A stretch of DNA of 61,942 nucleotides, from positions 1 to 61,942 of the forward strand of contig JANMQV010000148.1 of assembly GCA_031370645.1 (NCBI GenBank), in the 5' to 3' direction. The first letter of the stretch is position 1, and every line of letters begins with the position of its first letter. The stretch is from Candidatus Eiseniibacteriota bacterium. GTDB lineage: Bacteria > Eisenbacteria > RBG-16-71-46 > SZUA-252. The position numbers were made by a program, and so were the translations under genes. Below are positions 61,409-61,942 of this stretch, piece by piece. The notes under the pieces are model-generated. The model was given only the letters and a program-made list of their open reading frames with translations, was not told the DNA's origin and did not search any database.

Positions 61409-61942
61409 ATGGAAGGGAACGGACGGATGGTGCGATGGGTGGGGGCGCTCGGCTTCGTGCTGGGCGTCCTTGCTCCGCTTTTCTTCGCGCCATCGGCGAA
61501 GGCCCAGCTTCTTTCGGGTCTTCGGAACGTGACGCTCAGCGCGACGACGGTCACCACGCTCTCCATTGCGATCACGAGCGGCACGTCGATGAACTTCACG
61601 CTTCTCCAGGGGGCGATCGCCAACGGAAGCACGGCCGCGGCGATCACCTCGTCGTGGAACGTGAACCCCGGACAAACCGGGACCATCGCGCTCTACGGTT
61701 ACTTCAGCACGCCCTCCGCAGCGCTGACGGGGACGGTGGGCGACATTGCGGCGACCTATGTCGAAGGGCGCGTGACTACCGGTACGCCGGTGACCTACAC
61801 CGCGTTCACGCAGACGAATCCAATCGGCCCCGCGGGTGGAAGCCTCCAGCTCTTTTCCGAGACGATCACCGGCGTGAACAAGAGTAAAACCCGGACCGAC
61901 AACCTGAACGTCCGGATCAATCTGACGACGAGCCCCGCGCTT
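61409..61942 (+). CDS. Paralog of the upstream putative fimbrial subunit (runs off the window)
   Basis: Read by hand: ...AKAQLLSGLRNVTLSA...SWNVNPGQTGTIALYGYFSTPSAALT...TYVEGRVTTG...YTAFTQTN..GPAGGSL.LF.E. Colinear with 60825-61388. Start at 61409 or 61427. Confidence 0.75.
   Translation, partial: MEGNGRMVRWVGALGFVLGVLAPLFFAPSAKAQLLSGLRNVTLSATTVTTLSIAITSGTSMNFTLLQGAIANGSTAAAITSSWNVNPGQTGTIALYGYFSTPSAALTGTVGDIAATYVEGRVTTGTPVTYTAFTQTNPIGPAGGSLQLFSETITGVNKSKTRTDNLNVRINLTTSPAL

Overview
A gene-dense, GC-rich bacterial chromosomal window with about 60 CDS. I saw no rRNA, tRNA, CRISPR array or mobile element. Gene content and style suggest a diderm candidate-phylum organism, possibly Eisenbacteria-like; this is inference only. 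Recognisable content: acetate and fatty-acid metabolism (acyl-CoA dehydrogenase, acs, aceB-aceA, ETF-QO, pyk); thiol-redox and Fe-S genes (two peroxiredoxins, trxB, an FNR-like reductase, IscA/HesB, a Rieske ferredoxin); class II ribonucleotide reductase nrdJ with tandem NrdR-like boxes; DNA repair and tRNA modification genes (mpg, MutT-like, nth, PolX-PHP, queG); a variant cytochrome c maturation operon (CcmE with CxxxY); a Tat-signal TldD/PmbA pair; two radical SAM loci; and the start of a putative pilin locus. Best candidates for new biology: (1) a hidden selenoprotein, a thioredoxin-fold protein whose apparent TGA stop at 48131 is followed by a SECIS-like hairpin; (2) a four-gene A-B-A'-B' membrane module (11025-13929) flanked by two GT-C-like glycosyltransferases; (3) a radical SAM-metallophosphoesterase-MFS operon; (4) pervasive leaderless promoters; (5) a candidate anti-Shine-Dalgarno small RNA.
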